IMG/VR virus record: IMGVR_UViG_3300027792_000292 | Span: 32,001 to 96,000 of that record | Reading direction: 5' to 3' (one strand) | Length of the DNA stretch: 64,000 nt | Source of the DNA: a virus | Shown: in pieces, positions 12,401 through 22,280 of the stretch | Layout of the letters: every line of letters begins with the position of its first letter | Numbering within the stretch: position 1 is the stretch's first letter | Translations under genes and position numbers: made by a program | Notes under the pieces: generated by a model | What the model saw: the letters and a program-made list of their open reading frames with translations, nothing else | What the model was told of the DNA's origin: nothing | Databases searched by the model: none

Positions 12401-14102
12401 GAATGATACCTATGACAAGTCTGGATTAAGAGCCTCTCTTGGAACAGGATCAAACACGTTAGACCGTTATGATTTGACTTTCAGCCCAGAATATTTGACT
12501 GATACCGACCCGAATGTAGTGCTTAATGATAACTACCTAAAGAAAGATATTCCGGCAGCTACTCAGTTGTATCCTGGAACTCCTCCTTTCGTGAAGACTT
12601 TTACGGATGACGGTCATGCTAAACTATTTATACTTCCTGAAGGTGAAGATACCTATGTAGAAGCAGACCTTGTTCAGCATGATTTGAAAGCAGGATTTAC
12701 TATTATTGATTCAGACGAGTCTGGTCTAATAGACCATAATAAAGTATGTGCTTATCCGATAAATCAAAAGATTAACCTGTACTCAGATCTGAAGATAGAA
12801 GAGTTTAGTAATGGTGGTTTTGATGCCCCGATCTCAACAATAACCGAGGGAAGTAGAACCATACCTTTTAAAATGCTGATGATTGATCAGTACTATCCCA
12901 ATAGAGAAATGAGAGTAAATGACTATTTGGATTACATAAATAGAGTTCCTTTTGATATCCAGGAAGGACGAGCCAAAACATTAAATGGATCAAAGACTAT
13001 AAAGAGTATTGATAAAAACTGGCTTGTACTACATATAGGAGATCAAATAACTCTAAAGAATATACCTAAAAGGATTTGGAATACAACACTTAGAGAATAT
13101 GAAACGATTATAGAAGATGTTATTTATACGATAGTAGAGGTCATAGATAGTGCTACTATAAGACTGCATACTTCATTTAAAGAGGTAAGTGGTACATATG
13201 ACTATTCTATAACAAGACATGTAGTATTCAATGTAGATACGTATTTGAATAAAGTAACTAGGAACATAGTTTTTAAGGCAGGTAATCCTTTTACCTATGG
13301 ATTTACACAGTCCTACTTGGAGCATTTTCCTGGGTACAGTACAGGTGACACAGGTTTTGGTTTCCAGATGACTTTCACTGATTCTGACCCTGATCCGTAT
13401 CCGATGAATCCAAATAACCCCAATATAAATGGTTTTCCTGCGGGATCTCAACTTTTATCGTCTGAAATAATAAAAGAAAACGGCAAATCAGTATATTACC
13501 ATATTACAGGACATGCAGGTTTTACAGGGCCTAGCGGAGCGGTTGACTTAGGTATTACAGGACCCACCAATGAAACCAACCCTACAATAGTTGATGGGGA
13601 TGATAAGTACTTCATTCCTGGTGGAGAAACAGGATACTTTTTATCCTATAGTGAGGCTGAATACAGAGTACAATGGAGGAACTGGGATCAAGACATAATG
13701 ATAGTGAGTTTTGGTGGTTTAACAGGCCCTAATGCGGGAGTTATCATAGAAGATCCAATAAACATGTTGGATGATTACGCAGAAGGTTTAAGAAGAAGTT
13801 ATTGGAGTAATAGTTTGGGTTTTACGGGATTAGTTCATAACTTCTATTTTGGATCGGTTATAGAAACATCTAAGAACGAAAGTACGATTGTAAATACAGT
13901 AGATTACCCGGAGGGGTTGATTGTTCTTACTGATTCGGAAGCGGTAGAGATAGAAGACTTACTTAATCTATCTATAGATCCAACAGATGTTGTGTTAAAT
14001 CTTAATAACACCCAATATGCTTTGCGTACAAGGATAGTTAGGGAATTACTATTTGATAATACAGTAAGAGTAACTGAAATAAGAGAATTTGAGAGACCCT
14101 AA
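9420..14102 (+). CDS. large baseplate wedge/tail protein
   Basis: N-terminal DTEYRDFL...GS...I...ILG...IKPAHT resembles the P2 gpI/baseplate wedge signature; structural-gene context. Confidence 0.55.
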   Translation: MKTISNLSETEKLGKRRFKSGIEFEKQVRDLTATIQTRLLSVLPSNYPKNNSTNLGLMYKAIAHELALLQTSLSDIIEDQYHTTTRIEYIYQILGDLLFLGSKSINENLADTEYRDFLIKVRNAYFVGSSKDNIESSVSDILGLPVTLKELYLELRNPETSYTLKDTNKMFFDILMDSVTASSNIGNMLEDIRFFINLIKPAHTLYDTRLIYTESFENNDGACEPVYDDIEITEDIYDTDRMYVITYLTTKISQLEIASALPTGGVIAEIDTLNRVIIFTDNRILVYRVSTTIIHRDLSDVETTISADDLDVGDYLEFVGTVDSSTTSSIIDTDWLYTGIISDINATTELVTLEDGSIITYNDDTLAYTRDGAGEHRIEVTDVEIGQTIIFRAKKYTDEFQFYNVPTQVQSNYYKQFDRAVVERPFFQENVKKVFETRDDIEEGYHVIVEDGIAKVVLVDGRFYKQLNKKTYKNVKITRYSLFIDNTYQATLSYEEPNNIQGLDEIKNTFAEDYGFTGLNVPSTDYQIKIYHTGELKESSTDSVLQTSYDDTTHLCDRRAGCSLLPMYEDTRKYWTWPDLQLVSGFFNSVDLIYVSPDISGHSVPGYFRISDDPNSYSAPILPMFGPSGELATAADLIVYLNGLKVEDAIDSVDPWTGIIFLNFLPPSNSKIRVDYYYSKRYPDPVNYTVYDQNNLKSYYIDETGNKVYRTKNLIHQDIGASFSIMQGLTGPSPRLRWPFPVNDPMLLGDDTDYQMNLFPILNRTGQLAFPDDISVSIGSVVTSKQVSTAIGLDVVGMPNIPTGITGGDTIVIDATNYLDNTLIYSIVGLTGIVGITGTEGITGDIGVVINSPFPVASQTLFESTIIRYTGVTGAVESVRPLLGHVKINFLPPSGSVLKFEYYYTHFERKYRFQTDYTNDYSKTLDPGWHYQDSGSLPDISYGPRFGYSLVLDYGVTGMRDPVIDFEMLKKIGYRYRAFNLSHSAVLNSSDTLENDTYDKSGLRASLGTGSNTLDRYDLTFSPEYLTDTDPNVVLNDNYLKKDIPAATQLYPGTPPFVKTFTDDGHAKLFILPEGEDTYVEADLVQHDLKAGFTIIDSDESGLIDHNKVCAYPINQKINLYSDLKIEEFSNGGFDAPISTITEGSRTIPFKMLMIDQYYPNREMRVNDYLDYINRVPFDIQEGRAKTLNGSKTIKSIDKNWLVLHIGDQITLKNIPKRIWNTTLREYETIIEDVIYTIVEVIDSATIRLHTSFKEVSGTYDYSITRHVVFNVDTYLNKVTRNIVFKAGNPFTYGFTQSYLEHFPGYSTGDTGFGFQMTFTDSDPDPYPMNPNNPNINGFPAGSQLLSSEIIKENGKSVYYHITGHAGFTGPSGAVDLGITGPTNETNPTIVDGDDKYFIPGGETGYFLSYSEAEYRVQWRNWDQDIMIVSFGGLTGPNAGVIIEDPINMLDDYAEGLRRSYWSNSLGFTGLVHNFYFGSVIETSKNESTIVNTVDYPEGLIVLTDSEAVEIEDLLNLSIDPTDVVLNLNNTQYALRTRIVRELLFDNTVRVTEIREFERP

Positions 14103-14181
14103 GTATGAGTAGAAAAGTTTCATAAGTTATTTTAGAGGAATTTAAGAAGCTTAACATTCCTATTTAAAGTCTCACGTTCCC

Positions 14182-14196
14182 TAATAATCTACTAAT
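14182..14196 (+). promoter_or_regulatory. second (putative late) promoter motif TRATAATYTAHTART
   Basis: Copies at 8473, 14182, 33335, 37467, 42324 (+) and 43774-43788 (-), each just upstream of a gene. Confidence 0.6.
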
Positions 14197-14260
14197 GAAA
14201 AGTACTATTTATAGGTATAGGTTATTTTTGGTCATTTTTATAGAATAAAAAGGAAAAATT

Positions 14261-14842
14261 ATGAGTCTCTTAAAAGAAACCATAAAAGGGCTTAATAAGA
14301 TAGTTATGTCTATAGGATCAGCTATAAGGTATAAGGAACAAACCCCGCGATTAAAAGGGGAATTGTTTATTAAAGCCTATGAAAAAGGGGTATTAGTATA
14401 TGATTATAGGAAGCATAATATAATAGTAAATACTGCCTCCATTCTAATTGCGCGTCTGTTAAAAGACAATACTGAACCTACTAAAGGGATTTCATACCTA
14501 GCAGTCGGTAGCGGTGCTTCTGGTTGGAATCCGTTTGATCCTCCTGCTCCTACGACTTCCCAGACTCTTCTTGAGAGCGAATTTGAAAGAAAAGCAATAG
14601 GGTTATCGACCTTTGTGAACCCTGAAACTGGGGAACCTACGACAAGTGATACTAACATCGTAGATTATTCAGTAACTTTCGGAGAAGCAGAGGCGATAGG
14701 ACCGATCATGGAAATGTCTTTATTCGGAGGGGATGCTACTTCTGAACGTAATACAGGCGGGATGGTAAATTGGAGAACTTTTCCAGTTTTAAATAAGACT
14801 AATAGTATGACCCTAACAATTATTTTTAGAATAACATCATAA
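14261..14842 (+). CDS. tail-collar/fibre attachment-like structural protein
   Basis: ISYLAVGSG...P.P..SQT.L..EF.RK pattern typical of tail-fibre N-terminal domains. Confidence 0.55.
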   Translation: MSLLKETIKGLNKIVMSIGSAIRYKEQTPRLKGELFIKAYEKGVLVYDYRKHNIIVNTASILIARLLKDNTEPTKGISYLAVGSGASGWNPFDPPAPTTSQTLLESEFERKAIGLSTFVNPETGEPTTSDTNIVDYSVTFGEAEAIGPIMEMSLFGGDATSERNTGGMVNWRTFPVLNKTNSMTLTIIFRITS

Positions 14843-14843
14843 T

Positions 14844-15827
14844 ATGAAGCATTTGATTAAGAAATATTCCCTAAGCAGGTCCAACGTTATAGGACATGTC
14901 AGAGTTAATGACTCAGGTATCTGTATTATTGCTAAGGATAATGTCATTAGGACTATTGTTAATGGGTGTGATATATTTAATATACCAATGGATAAGAATG
15001 CTATAGATGTAGTAGCACATGTACTAGCTAATATAGTATTTCTACTTAATAAGGCTGAGGATAAGCCTAAGATAGTTATAATAACAGATGATTGGAATAC
15101 AGATGGTGAATACCCTTCTACAGAATTGTTAGATAAAACTATAAAGTATGTTAAACCGCAAGTACAAGAAAATAACTTAGTAATTAAGAAAAAGGAACAA
15201 GGAGAAAGAAATATAAGTCAATTTCTTTCTCCTAATTTTTCATCTGGAACACCTATATCCACAGATATCCTTAAAAGGAATTTAGAAGTTTTGAGTGGTA
15301 AGCTTAGAGGTGTTACCGCAGTACTTCAAGAGGGTACTGACTATGGGATGATGCTAACAAGAAGAAAACTAATAAATTCTATGTGGGGAGCTAAGCCCAC
15401 ACAATTGTTTTTAGAAAGTGCTCGATTGAAACTATCTGAAAACTCTGAAAGTACAGTAAAGCTGGATTTTTTTTGTGACCTGATTGATAAAGGTTTAAAT
15501 CAATTAGTTAGTAAAACAAGAGAACTGAGTAATGGTGAAAATATCAAATATATCTGTAACATATTGATTCCAGATATAATTAGTAATTATGAGGCTATTA
15601 AGAATATAATAATAAAAGGTGTAATAGCCCTGACTCCATTAATTTATTTAGATGAGATTTTTCAAAAAAATACTAGTTTTCCATCGAGTTGGTTTGTATC
15701 GGATGAGTTAATGGGTGACATAGTAAATTCATACGATAACCTAATTGCTTTTTTAGCAACGATACCAAAGATAGAATCAAGGGTAATATTTCCATTAGAT
15801 TTCTATAAGCACCAGATATCTCAGTAA
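14844..15827 (+). CDS. hypothetical protein
   Basis: 327-aa ORF tightly coupled to neighbours. Confidence 0.6.
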   Translation: MKHLIKKYSLSRSNVIGHVRVNDSGICIIAKDNVIRTIVNGCDIFNIPMDKNAIDVVAHVLANIVFLLNKAEDKPKIVIITDDWNTDGEYPSTELLDKTIKYVKPQVQENNLVIKKKEQGERNISQFLSPNFSSGTPISTDILKRNLEVLSGKLRGVTAVLQEGTDYGMMLTRRKLINSMWGAKPTQLFLESARLKLSENSESTVKLDFFCDLIDKGLNQLVSKTRELSNGENIKYICNILIPDIISNYEAIKNIIIKGVIALTPLIYLDEIFQKNTSFPSSWFVSDELMGDIVNSYDNLIAFLATIPKIESRVIFPLDFYKHQISQ

Positions 15828-15833
15828 TAGGAA

Positions 15834-18800
15834 ATGAAAATGAGTGATAACTTTGGAAATTTACAGAGCCGCGTTCTTGATGTAGACGGACGTAACCTGG
15901 ATAATGTTGTATTCCAGGAAACACGTCAGTGTCTTACATCTGAACTTAATCTAATAAATCAGATAGCCTCTCTTAAGCAGCAACAAGGACTTAAGGCTAT
16001 TATGCCTTCAGGCTGGTTAAAAGTTGATACAGTAGAAGATACCAATGCTTTAAATGCTATAGATTATACAACTGAGCAAAATTCTGAAGATAGAGCACGT
16101 AGTGGTCAAACTCTAACATCAAAAACATACGCAGCTAATAGCTTTAAACTTATATCTCGTAGCGATAGTAACGTGGCAGTTGTTAATGGGTGGCCTCTTG
16201 TAATTTCTGGTTCTAACTCTTCCGATGAGAATAATATTATCACTCTTCCACCACCTTCTGGTAGTAGCTATAGGTATGATTTGGTTTTCTTAGAAGTATG
16301 GAAAAAGCTTATAGGGGAAAATGATAACATATATCCTTATGGTAATACTCAGGCTATACCATTGACGGATAATGAGATAGTTTGGGATAGGCTTGGGTAT
16401 GAAACTACAAAAAGAGTACAGATACAGTATAGAATAAGAACTTACATAAGTTCTTACTATATAAATCCTGTAGATTTTGATGCATACCCTGAAGGACTTG
16501 GCTCTAGTATGGTTAAAGCTGTAGGAGGCAATAGCTCAGGAAGCTACACATCGTTAGCATTCTCCAATTTTGGCTCTGAAGATCCAGGTTTATATATTGC
16601 TGGTACAGGTTCTGATGATGATAAAGAAACATTGAATACTGTTGATGGATATGTTTACGCCATTCCTATGTACATTGTATATCGCAGAGCAGAATCCGAT
16701 TTTGGTTCCACGCAAACACATGGTGCCGGAATAAATCAATCAGAACTGATTACAGGTTTTAGGTCAGACAGACCAGATGCTCTATATCTAAATATAGTGA
16801 ATAACACGGATATTATTGATATAAGGCATCAGATAGTTACCTCAGGGCAACATTTAGATCTTATAGCAAGAAGAACATTTAGAAAGCTCGTAGCTGGAGA
16901 ACTCACCACTACAAAGAGTAAGGGTTTTGGAGTAAGCGGTGTCAGGGTTGTAAATTCTGGCGGCTCAAAACTTTTGAAACTTGAACAGGTTAACGGTAAT
17001 ACTATAGATGCTCCGAACATTGGAAGCGGGGTATCTGGTTCTGCTTTCAAGAAAAGAGTATATGCAAACTGTGCTATTACAAAAGATAACAATATTATTG
17101 CTGTTCCTGCAAATGGGCCCTCTGGAAGCTCTTGGATTGCAGAGCCTATTGCAGTATCTTCTTTTATTGATACTACAAATGGTACTGTTTCATCTTCTAA
17201 TAATTCTTTCTATGCCCCTGACCTTGGTGCTCCTGTTACTGGAATCACTTGTAACGGTACTACCGTAACTATTGATGCAGGTTCCAATATGATAGGGCAA
17301 TCAAGCACTGTAGTTCTTTATATGCAGTTTACCTATGAGTACAATGCCGGAAATAATGGATTAAAAGATGTTCCTAAAGAATTTTATGAGATATCAAAAG
17401 ATGTAAGAGTTCCTATAGCTACCCGAGATAATGATGTTTTATTGAGGTCTGATAATAGTTTGAACCCTTTACAGTTTGATACGAACGGTATTTGTATTTC
17501 AGACGCAGTGACTAATGAACAGGATTATGTTCATTATTGTGGCGGTCAATACACAGAAAACTATAATTTTGGGCATGACTTAGTTGTATTTAGAACATTA
17601 AATTCTGGAACCAGTATAAGTATAACATGTGACAATAAAAAACTAAATGGATATATTATACTTGGAGTGAAAAGTATTCAAGCTGAAGGAACCACAGGAT
17701 TTGGAGATTATAGGAATAATCTTGAGTTCACAATACAGAGAAGCACTACAGGCACCACAGTAGTCTATTCTATTGAAATAATCTCTACACTTCCAGCTAC
17801 TCCATGTAAGTTAAAGATAGCTTTGTATACTGGTTCAGGTGCATCTATAGCGGATTCAATAAAATTTTTTGAGATGTCAAAACAGGGTAGAGGAATCACT
17901 GACATTTATGAGATGATTGAAGTAACAGCAACAGCAGACGGAACTGGAAACTTTTGGATAGACACAGGTGACAAACCTATTATTGCGATAGCTTCCAGGA
18001 CATTAACACAAAGTGGATTTACGATTGGTAAGGCTTATGGATATTATACTGTAGGATCTTCGGAGACATTTACTGATTTATCTCGTTACACAACACTTAC
18101 TTTAGATGTTAATGAGAATCTTCCTGTATTAGAGACTCCTGAAGATGGTACGGATATTACATGGTTACCTACAAGAATTAAGCTTCATGCTGAAGATATT
18201 AATGCAGAGGGGGCTACAATAAAAGTTCCTGTATTAGTGCATAGCTATATATCCTCAGGTGAAAGTGCCTATAATATTTTTTATAAGCTAAATCCTTATC
18301 AGGGTATTTTGAATTCTGTGAAGTATGGTAGAATTGAAGCTGAAGCCCCAGCAATAATCACTTCAGAAGGTTCTGGTGCTATTACAGACTATACATATAC
18401 TACGGGTACCTGTGCTTTCTTAAAAGGTAGCAGAGACGTTGTTGGTACAAATACTTATTGGTCAAATAAGGTAAAAAATGGAGATTATATAAGAGTTACA
18501 TTAGGATCTTATTATTATCGTATACTTAGCGTAGATAGTGATACGCAGATTACTTTGGCTGAAACTTATGTACAAGATTCAGTTAGTACTCAATATGAGA
18601 TAATTAGATTAGATACTCCTGCTAACAACATATCTAACATAATAGATAGGATGCCGACTCATACTATTGAGGATTATACGGGTAAATCTTCCCCACTAAA
18701 TATTGTAACTTTGCCAGAAGCTTCTTTTTATGAAACGAGTCCAAAAGTACGAATACAGGACCCTCTCGATACAATCACGAATGATTTCATCTTGGGAAGT

Positions 18801-19139
18801 ACGTCAAAAACTAATAGTAGAGGGAGATATAATTTCTTGCTTACTTTAGGTAAAAATGATATTTTTAGACTTGGGGTTCAGACTCCTGAGATTTTTTACG
18901 AAAATAGCACAGCATGGACATCTGCACTAGGCACGAAGAAAGTTTTTCAGGCTTATCTATTTAATGATGCGATAATTACAAGTGGGAAAGCTAATGACCT
19001 AACAGGTAAAATATATCTTCTTGTTATAGGCAGTGAGAATAGCAGTAGTGGGCCAGAGACAAAGCTTAATAATACAAGTGAAACTGATGTAGTAGAACTA
19101 TTTGAATTAGAGGGTAGACCTATTATAAAGTCTATGTAA
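15834..19139 (+). CDS. large tail/baseplate structural protein
   Basis: VVFQ...LTSELN N-terminal motif seen in phage tail proteins; beta-rich S/T/G composition. Confidence 0.55.
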   Translation: MKMSDNFGNLQSRVLDVDGRNLDNVVFQETRQCLTSELNLINQIASLKQQQGLKAIMPSGWLKVDTVEDTNALNAIDYTTEQNSEDRARSGQTLTSKTYAANSFKLISRSDSNVAVVNGWPLVISGSNSSDENNIITLPPPSGSSYRYDLVFLEVWKKLIGENDNIYPYGNTQAIPLTDNEIVWDRLGYETTKRVQIQYRIRTYISSYYINPVDFDAYPEGLGSSMVKAVGGNSSGSYTSLAFSNFGSEDPGLYIAGTGSDDDKETLNTVDGYVYAIPMYIVYRRAESDFGSTQTHGAGINQSELITGFRSDRPDALYLNIVNNTDIIDIRHQIVTSGQHLDLIARRTFRKLVAGELTTTKSKGFGVSGVRVVNSGGSKLLKLEQVNGNTIDAPNIGSGVSGSAFKKRVYANCAITKDNNIIAVPANGPSGSSWIAEPIAVSSFIDTTNGTVSSSNNSFYAPDLGAPVTGITCNGTTVTIDAGSNMIGQSSTVVLYMQFTYEYNAGNNGLKDVPKEFYEISKDVRVPIATRDNDVLLRSDNSLNPLQFDTNGICISDAVTNEQDYVHYCGGQYTENYNFGHDLVVFRTLNSGTSISITCDNKKLNGYIILGVKSIQAEGTTGFGDYRNNLEFTIQRSTTGTTVVYSIEIISTLPATPCKLKIALYTGSGASIADSIKFFEMSKQGRGITDIYEMIEVTATADGTGNFWIDTGDKPIIAIASRTLTQSGFTIGKAYGYYTVGSSETFTDLSRYTTLTLDVNENLPVLETPEDGTDITWLPTRIKLHAEDINAEGATIKVPVLVHSYISSGESAYNIFYKLNPYQGILNSVKYGRIEAEAPAIITSEGSGAITDYTYTTGTCAFLKGSRDVVGTNTYWSNKVKNGDYIRVTLGSYYYRILSVDSDTQITLAETYVQDSVSTQYEIIRLDTPANNISNIIDRMPTHTIEDYTGKSSPLNIVTLPEASFYETSPKVRIQDPLDTITNDFILGSTSKTNSRGRYNFLLTLGKNDIFRLGVQTPEIFYENSTAWTSALGTKKVFQAYLFNDAIITSGKANDLTGKIYLLVIGSENSSSGPETKLNNTSETDVVELFELEGRPIIKSM

Positions 19140-19148
19140 GGTGGTAAT

Positions 19149-20342
19149 ATGGAAGTGTCTAAGGACCTTATTAGTAAAGTCATGAAGAATGTAATGGCGG
19201 CAGAGCCCACCGAAGAAACTAAAGGTACGCCCGCACAAATTGGTGGGGTTAAGTATTATTTCTATGATGTTGCCGTATATAAAGGAACCCCTTCTGATAT
19301 CAATTACGCTGACATCAACGAAACAATTACTAAGGCTACTGACGCAAATATTATCAAAGATTTGTTGGACCGCCTTGACAATGGCATTACCGGAAATGCT
19401 GATAACTTTGCATGGAAATACCTTGCTATTAAGAACAACAATTACAAGGGTAAGGTTGTTGTTTACTACTGTCCATTAGAATCAAGTGGCAAAAAAATGC
19501 AGAATCCAAAGCTTCTGTCAGCAGATGGTAGTATAGTGGACGCTAAAGAATTTGAAGACGCAAATAGCTTATACAAAGATATGGGAGGGGCTCAATACGC
19601 TATAGTAGATAAAGGAACTAATAGCTTCTTTGTTAAGGGGATGCCTAATGAATCAAATATCAAGCAGCTTCTAACAAGTAACTTGAAATTTCCTAATCAG
19701 ATGGGTTGGTCTGAGTTCAATAATGAGCAGGGTAACTACCGAATGTTTTTTCAGAATAGATTGGTAAAACCTGATTACAGTGAGCCCGAAGATGCTTTTA
19801 AATCCCCAGCAGACCTGAATAAGATTAAACAGATAGCAGACAAAAGAATACAGGAACTAGGGGTTAAAAAAGAACCGATACAGGTTAAAAAAGAACCAAT
19901 GACACCTTCTTTAGGAGATAAGATGAAGGAGGAAGAGTCACCAACAGGTAAAGGACCTATGACTATGGATAAGGCAAAAGAAAGATTTGCTACTAAGTTA
20001 GAGCAGGATGAAGAAGGGGTTTACTCTGGCGGCTCGGATGTAATGAAACAGTTAGTTAGTAAGATGAGGAAGACTATGAATACGTGGAATCACGGTAAGA
20101 AGGTAGCATTAAATGACGTACCTCTTTCTCAGGAGCTAGAGGAGACCGCCAAAGCACATAAGAATATTTCAAATAAATTGCGCCCTGTGGATAAACCAAA
20201 GTCCATTAGGGAAGATAACATATCAAAAGCATATCAAGATGCTGCAAATCAAGCTAAAACTATAACTGGTACAACCAAAAAATTAGCTTCGCAGAATAAA
20301 GGTCAAATAGCAAGAGTACTGAACAGTTTTTTAAAAAAGTAG
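19149..20342 (+). CDS. hypothetical protein (possibly virion-associated)
   Basis: 397-aa charged ORF ending the structural block. Confidence 0.55.
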   Translation: MEVSKDLISKVMKNVMAAEPTEETKGTPAQIGGVKYYFYDVAVYKGTPSDINYADINETITKATDANIIKDLLDRLDNGITGNADNFAWKYLAIKNNNYKGKVVVYYCPLESSGKKMQNPKLLSADGSIVDAKEFEDANSLYKDMGGAQYAIVDKGTNSFFVKGMPNESNIKQLLTSNLKFPNQMGWSEFNNEQGNYRMFFQNRLVKPDYSEPEDAFKSPADLNKIKQIADKRIQELGVKKEPIQVKKEPMTPSLGDKMKEEESPTGKGPMTMDKAKERFATKLEQDEEGVYSGGSDVMKQLVSKMRKTMNTWNHGKKVALNDVPLSQELEETAKAHKNISNKLRPVDKPKSIREDNISKAYQDAANQAKTITGTTKKLASQNKGQIARVLNSFLKK

Positions 20343-20421
20343 ATAAATTATTTTAGAGTTTTTGGAAATTATAAAAAAGTAAGTTGTCAGGGATAATTGT
20401 TGGCTGTGTGGTATTTTCTCC

Positions 20422-20450
20422 TTTAAAATTGTTTTACCACAGAGTATATT
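20422..20450 (+). promoter_or_regulatory. sigma70-type promoter class (also 28399, 32399, 39356, 43855, 46703, 54889, 61841)
   Basis: TT(G/T)(A/C)AN or TTGATC, then 17 bp, then TA(T/C)ATT in intergenic gaps upstream of non-structural genes. Confidence 0.65.
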
Positions 20451-20462
20451 ATCTCAGAGTTT

Positions 20463-22280
20463 TTGGAAAAAAGAGTCCCTGCTGTTGCGGGGCGTTTTGA
20501 ACTTAAAGATCGGTTTTTAGAGATGGGATTTGCACAAAAGCCTTCCAATTTTGAACTTATTAAAGACATTCGCCAAAGGAAAGACCTCAAGCTTAAACCC
20601 TGTGATTACATCAAAGGGGGAGTTGAACTTAGGTACTATCAAGTTGTAGGATGCCTTCATTTTCTTCTTCTTAGTCGAATGATCCTTGGGGACAGCGCCG
20701 GATTAGGTAAGACCCTGCAGTCAATCTCTGGGTACTCTTTCCTGCTTCAAAAAGACCCCTCCCTTAAGCTTCTTGTTGTTACAAACAAATCTGCGGTTAC
20801 TCAATGGCGGGATGAGTTCTTGCTGTTCTCAAAAGATATAACAGTCCACGCCCTGACCAATGAGTATGGAAAAGCTACCAATCAGGACCTCTATGCTCCG
20901 GTAGCAGAGCTTAGAGCTAAGAAAATACCTTACACCACTCTAACTGGCTTTGAAGCTCGTCAAGCACAATATAAGACCGTAAAAACGCAAGTCCTTGTAA
21001 GTAGCTATTACCCTCTTGAAGTAGACTACCAGTTTCTTATTGAAAACAGGTCACCATCTTTTGTAGTTGTTTTTGATGAAGCTCAGGCATTTAAGAATGA
21101 TGAAACTCAGGCATACTTAGGTGCTCAGCTAGTATCAAAGGCGGCTCAGCGTGTATATGGATTAAGCGCCACTATCATAAAGAATAAACTTGAAGAAGCG
21201 TATAATATCTTTAATATTATTGTTCCTGGTCTTTTTGGTAGCAAAGAAAAGTTCCTGAAGCAGTATACTAATCGTCAGCAGCTGAAAATAAAAAGAGGAA
21301 CCAGAATTGTTAAGCCTAAAAAGATTGTGTCCTATAAAAATTTGGATGAATTTAGAGACATAATAGAACCCTACTTTTTAATTAGGCGTACAAGACAAGT
21401 AGAGAGTGACCTACCTTCTTTGATTTCTAAAAGAATAGAATTAGAGATGTGTGAAAAGCAATCGGCTCTATATGCTGAAGCTTTATGTGGGGATGTATAT
21501 AGAAGGATAGTACAGAAGAAATACTTTGAATACAAAGAGAAAATAGATAATCAAACCGAGATTACAGACAAAGAACAAGAAAAGCTGGATAAGTTTGAAA
21601 AACAGTATGAGGAATCTACAGAAGAAGATTGTCAGTGGAAGAATAAGGTAGCTTCCCTTTCCTATCTTCAAATGATCTCTAACGGCCCCTGTTGGCTTGA
21701 GGGGGAAGACGGAGAAAGCTCCAAAGAACTGGAATTCAAAAGGCTTTTTGAGGAAGAGCTTTCTACAGAAAAAGTTATTATATTCACCCGCTTCGAATCA
21801 GGAATCTATCGTTTAGAAAAAATTCTGGACGACCTTGGATTAAAGCATGTTAAGGTAACTGGTACCTGTAAGCAAGCTGACCGTGATAAAGCCCGTTTGG
21901 ATTTTCAAGACCTTGAAAAAAATGTTACGGCTATCATAATCACCTTTGCTGGTTCTGCTGCTCTGAATCTTCAGAAAGCCAATGTCCTTCTTTTCTTTGA
22001 TACTCCTTGGAGTTATGGGGATCTGTATCAGACTATAGGACGAGCCCAGCGTATTGGAAGCCTTCATAAGCATATATACATACTGCACCTAGTAAATCAA
22101 GGAACAATAGACAATCATGTACTAAAAGTATTAAAAGGTAAAAAGGAACTTATCGCTGACGTTATGGGGGACATAGCTGAAGGGTCTTTAGAGTTCAATA
22201 AAGATATAGTTATGTTCCAAGATGATGAGAGTACTATTAACGCGCTGTTTGACTCAGTGTTTGAAAAAGAGGCAAAATGA
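20463..22280 (+). CDS. SNF2-family helicase/ATPase
   Basis: LGDSAGLGKT (motif I), DEAQ (II), SAT (III), QTIGRAQRIG (VI); true start may be ATG 20523. Confidence 0.9.
   Translation: MEKRVPAVAGRFELKDRFLEMGFAQKPSNFELIKDIRQRKDLKLKPCDYIKGGVELRYYQVVGCLHFLLLSRMILGDSAGLGKTLQSISGYSFLLQKDPSLKLLVVTNKSAVTQWRDEFLLFSKDITVHALTNEYGKATNQDLYAPVAELRAKKIPYTTLTGFEARQAQYKTVKTQVLVSSYYPLEVDYQFLIENRSPSFVVVFDEAQAFKNDETQAYLGAQLVSKAAQRVYGLSATIIKNKLEEAYNIFNIIVPGLFGSKEKFLKQYTNRQQLKIKRGTRIVKPKKIVSYKNLDEFRDIIEPYFLIRRTRQVESDLPSLISKRIELEMCEKQSALYAEALCGDVYRRIVQKKYFEYKEKIDNQTEITDKEQEKLDKFEKQYEESTEEDCQWKNKVASLSYLQMISNGPCWLEGEDGESSKELEFKRLFEEELSTEKVIIFTRFESGIYRLEKILDDLGLKHVKVTGTCKQADRDKARLDFQDLEKNVTAIIITFAGSAALNLQKANVLLFFDTPWSYGDLYQTIGRAQRIGSLHKHIYILHLVNQGTIDNHVLKVLKGKKELIADVMGDIAEGSLEFNKDIVMFQDDESTINALFDSVFEKEAK

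Noticed and set aside
19862-19897. Short tandem duplication GGTTAAAAAAGAACC
   Set aside because: In-frame coding duplication (VKKEP twice) in a low-complexity linker
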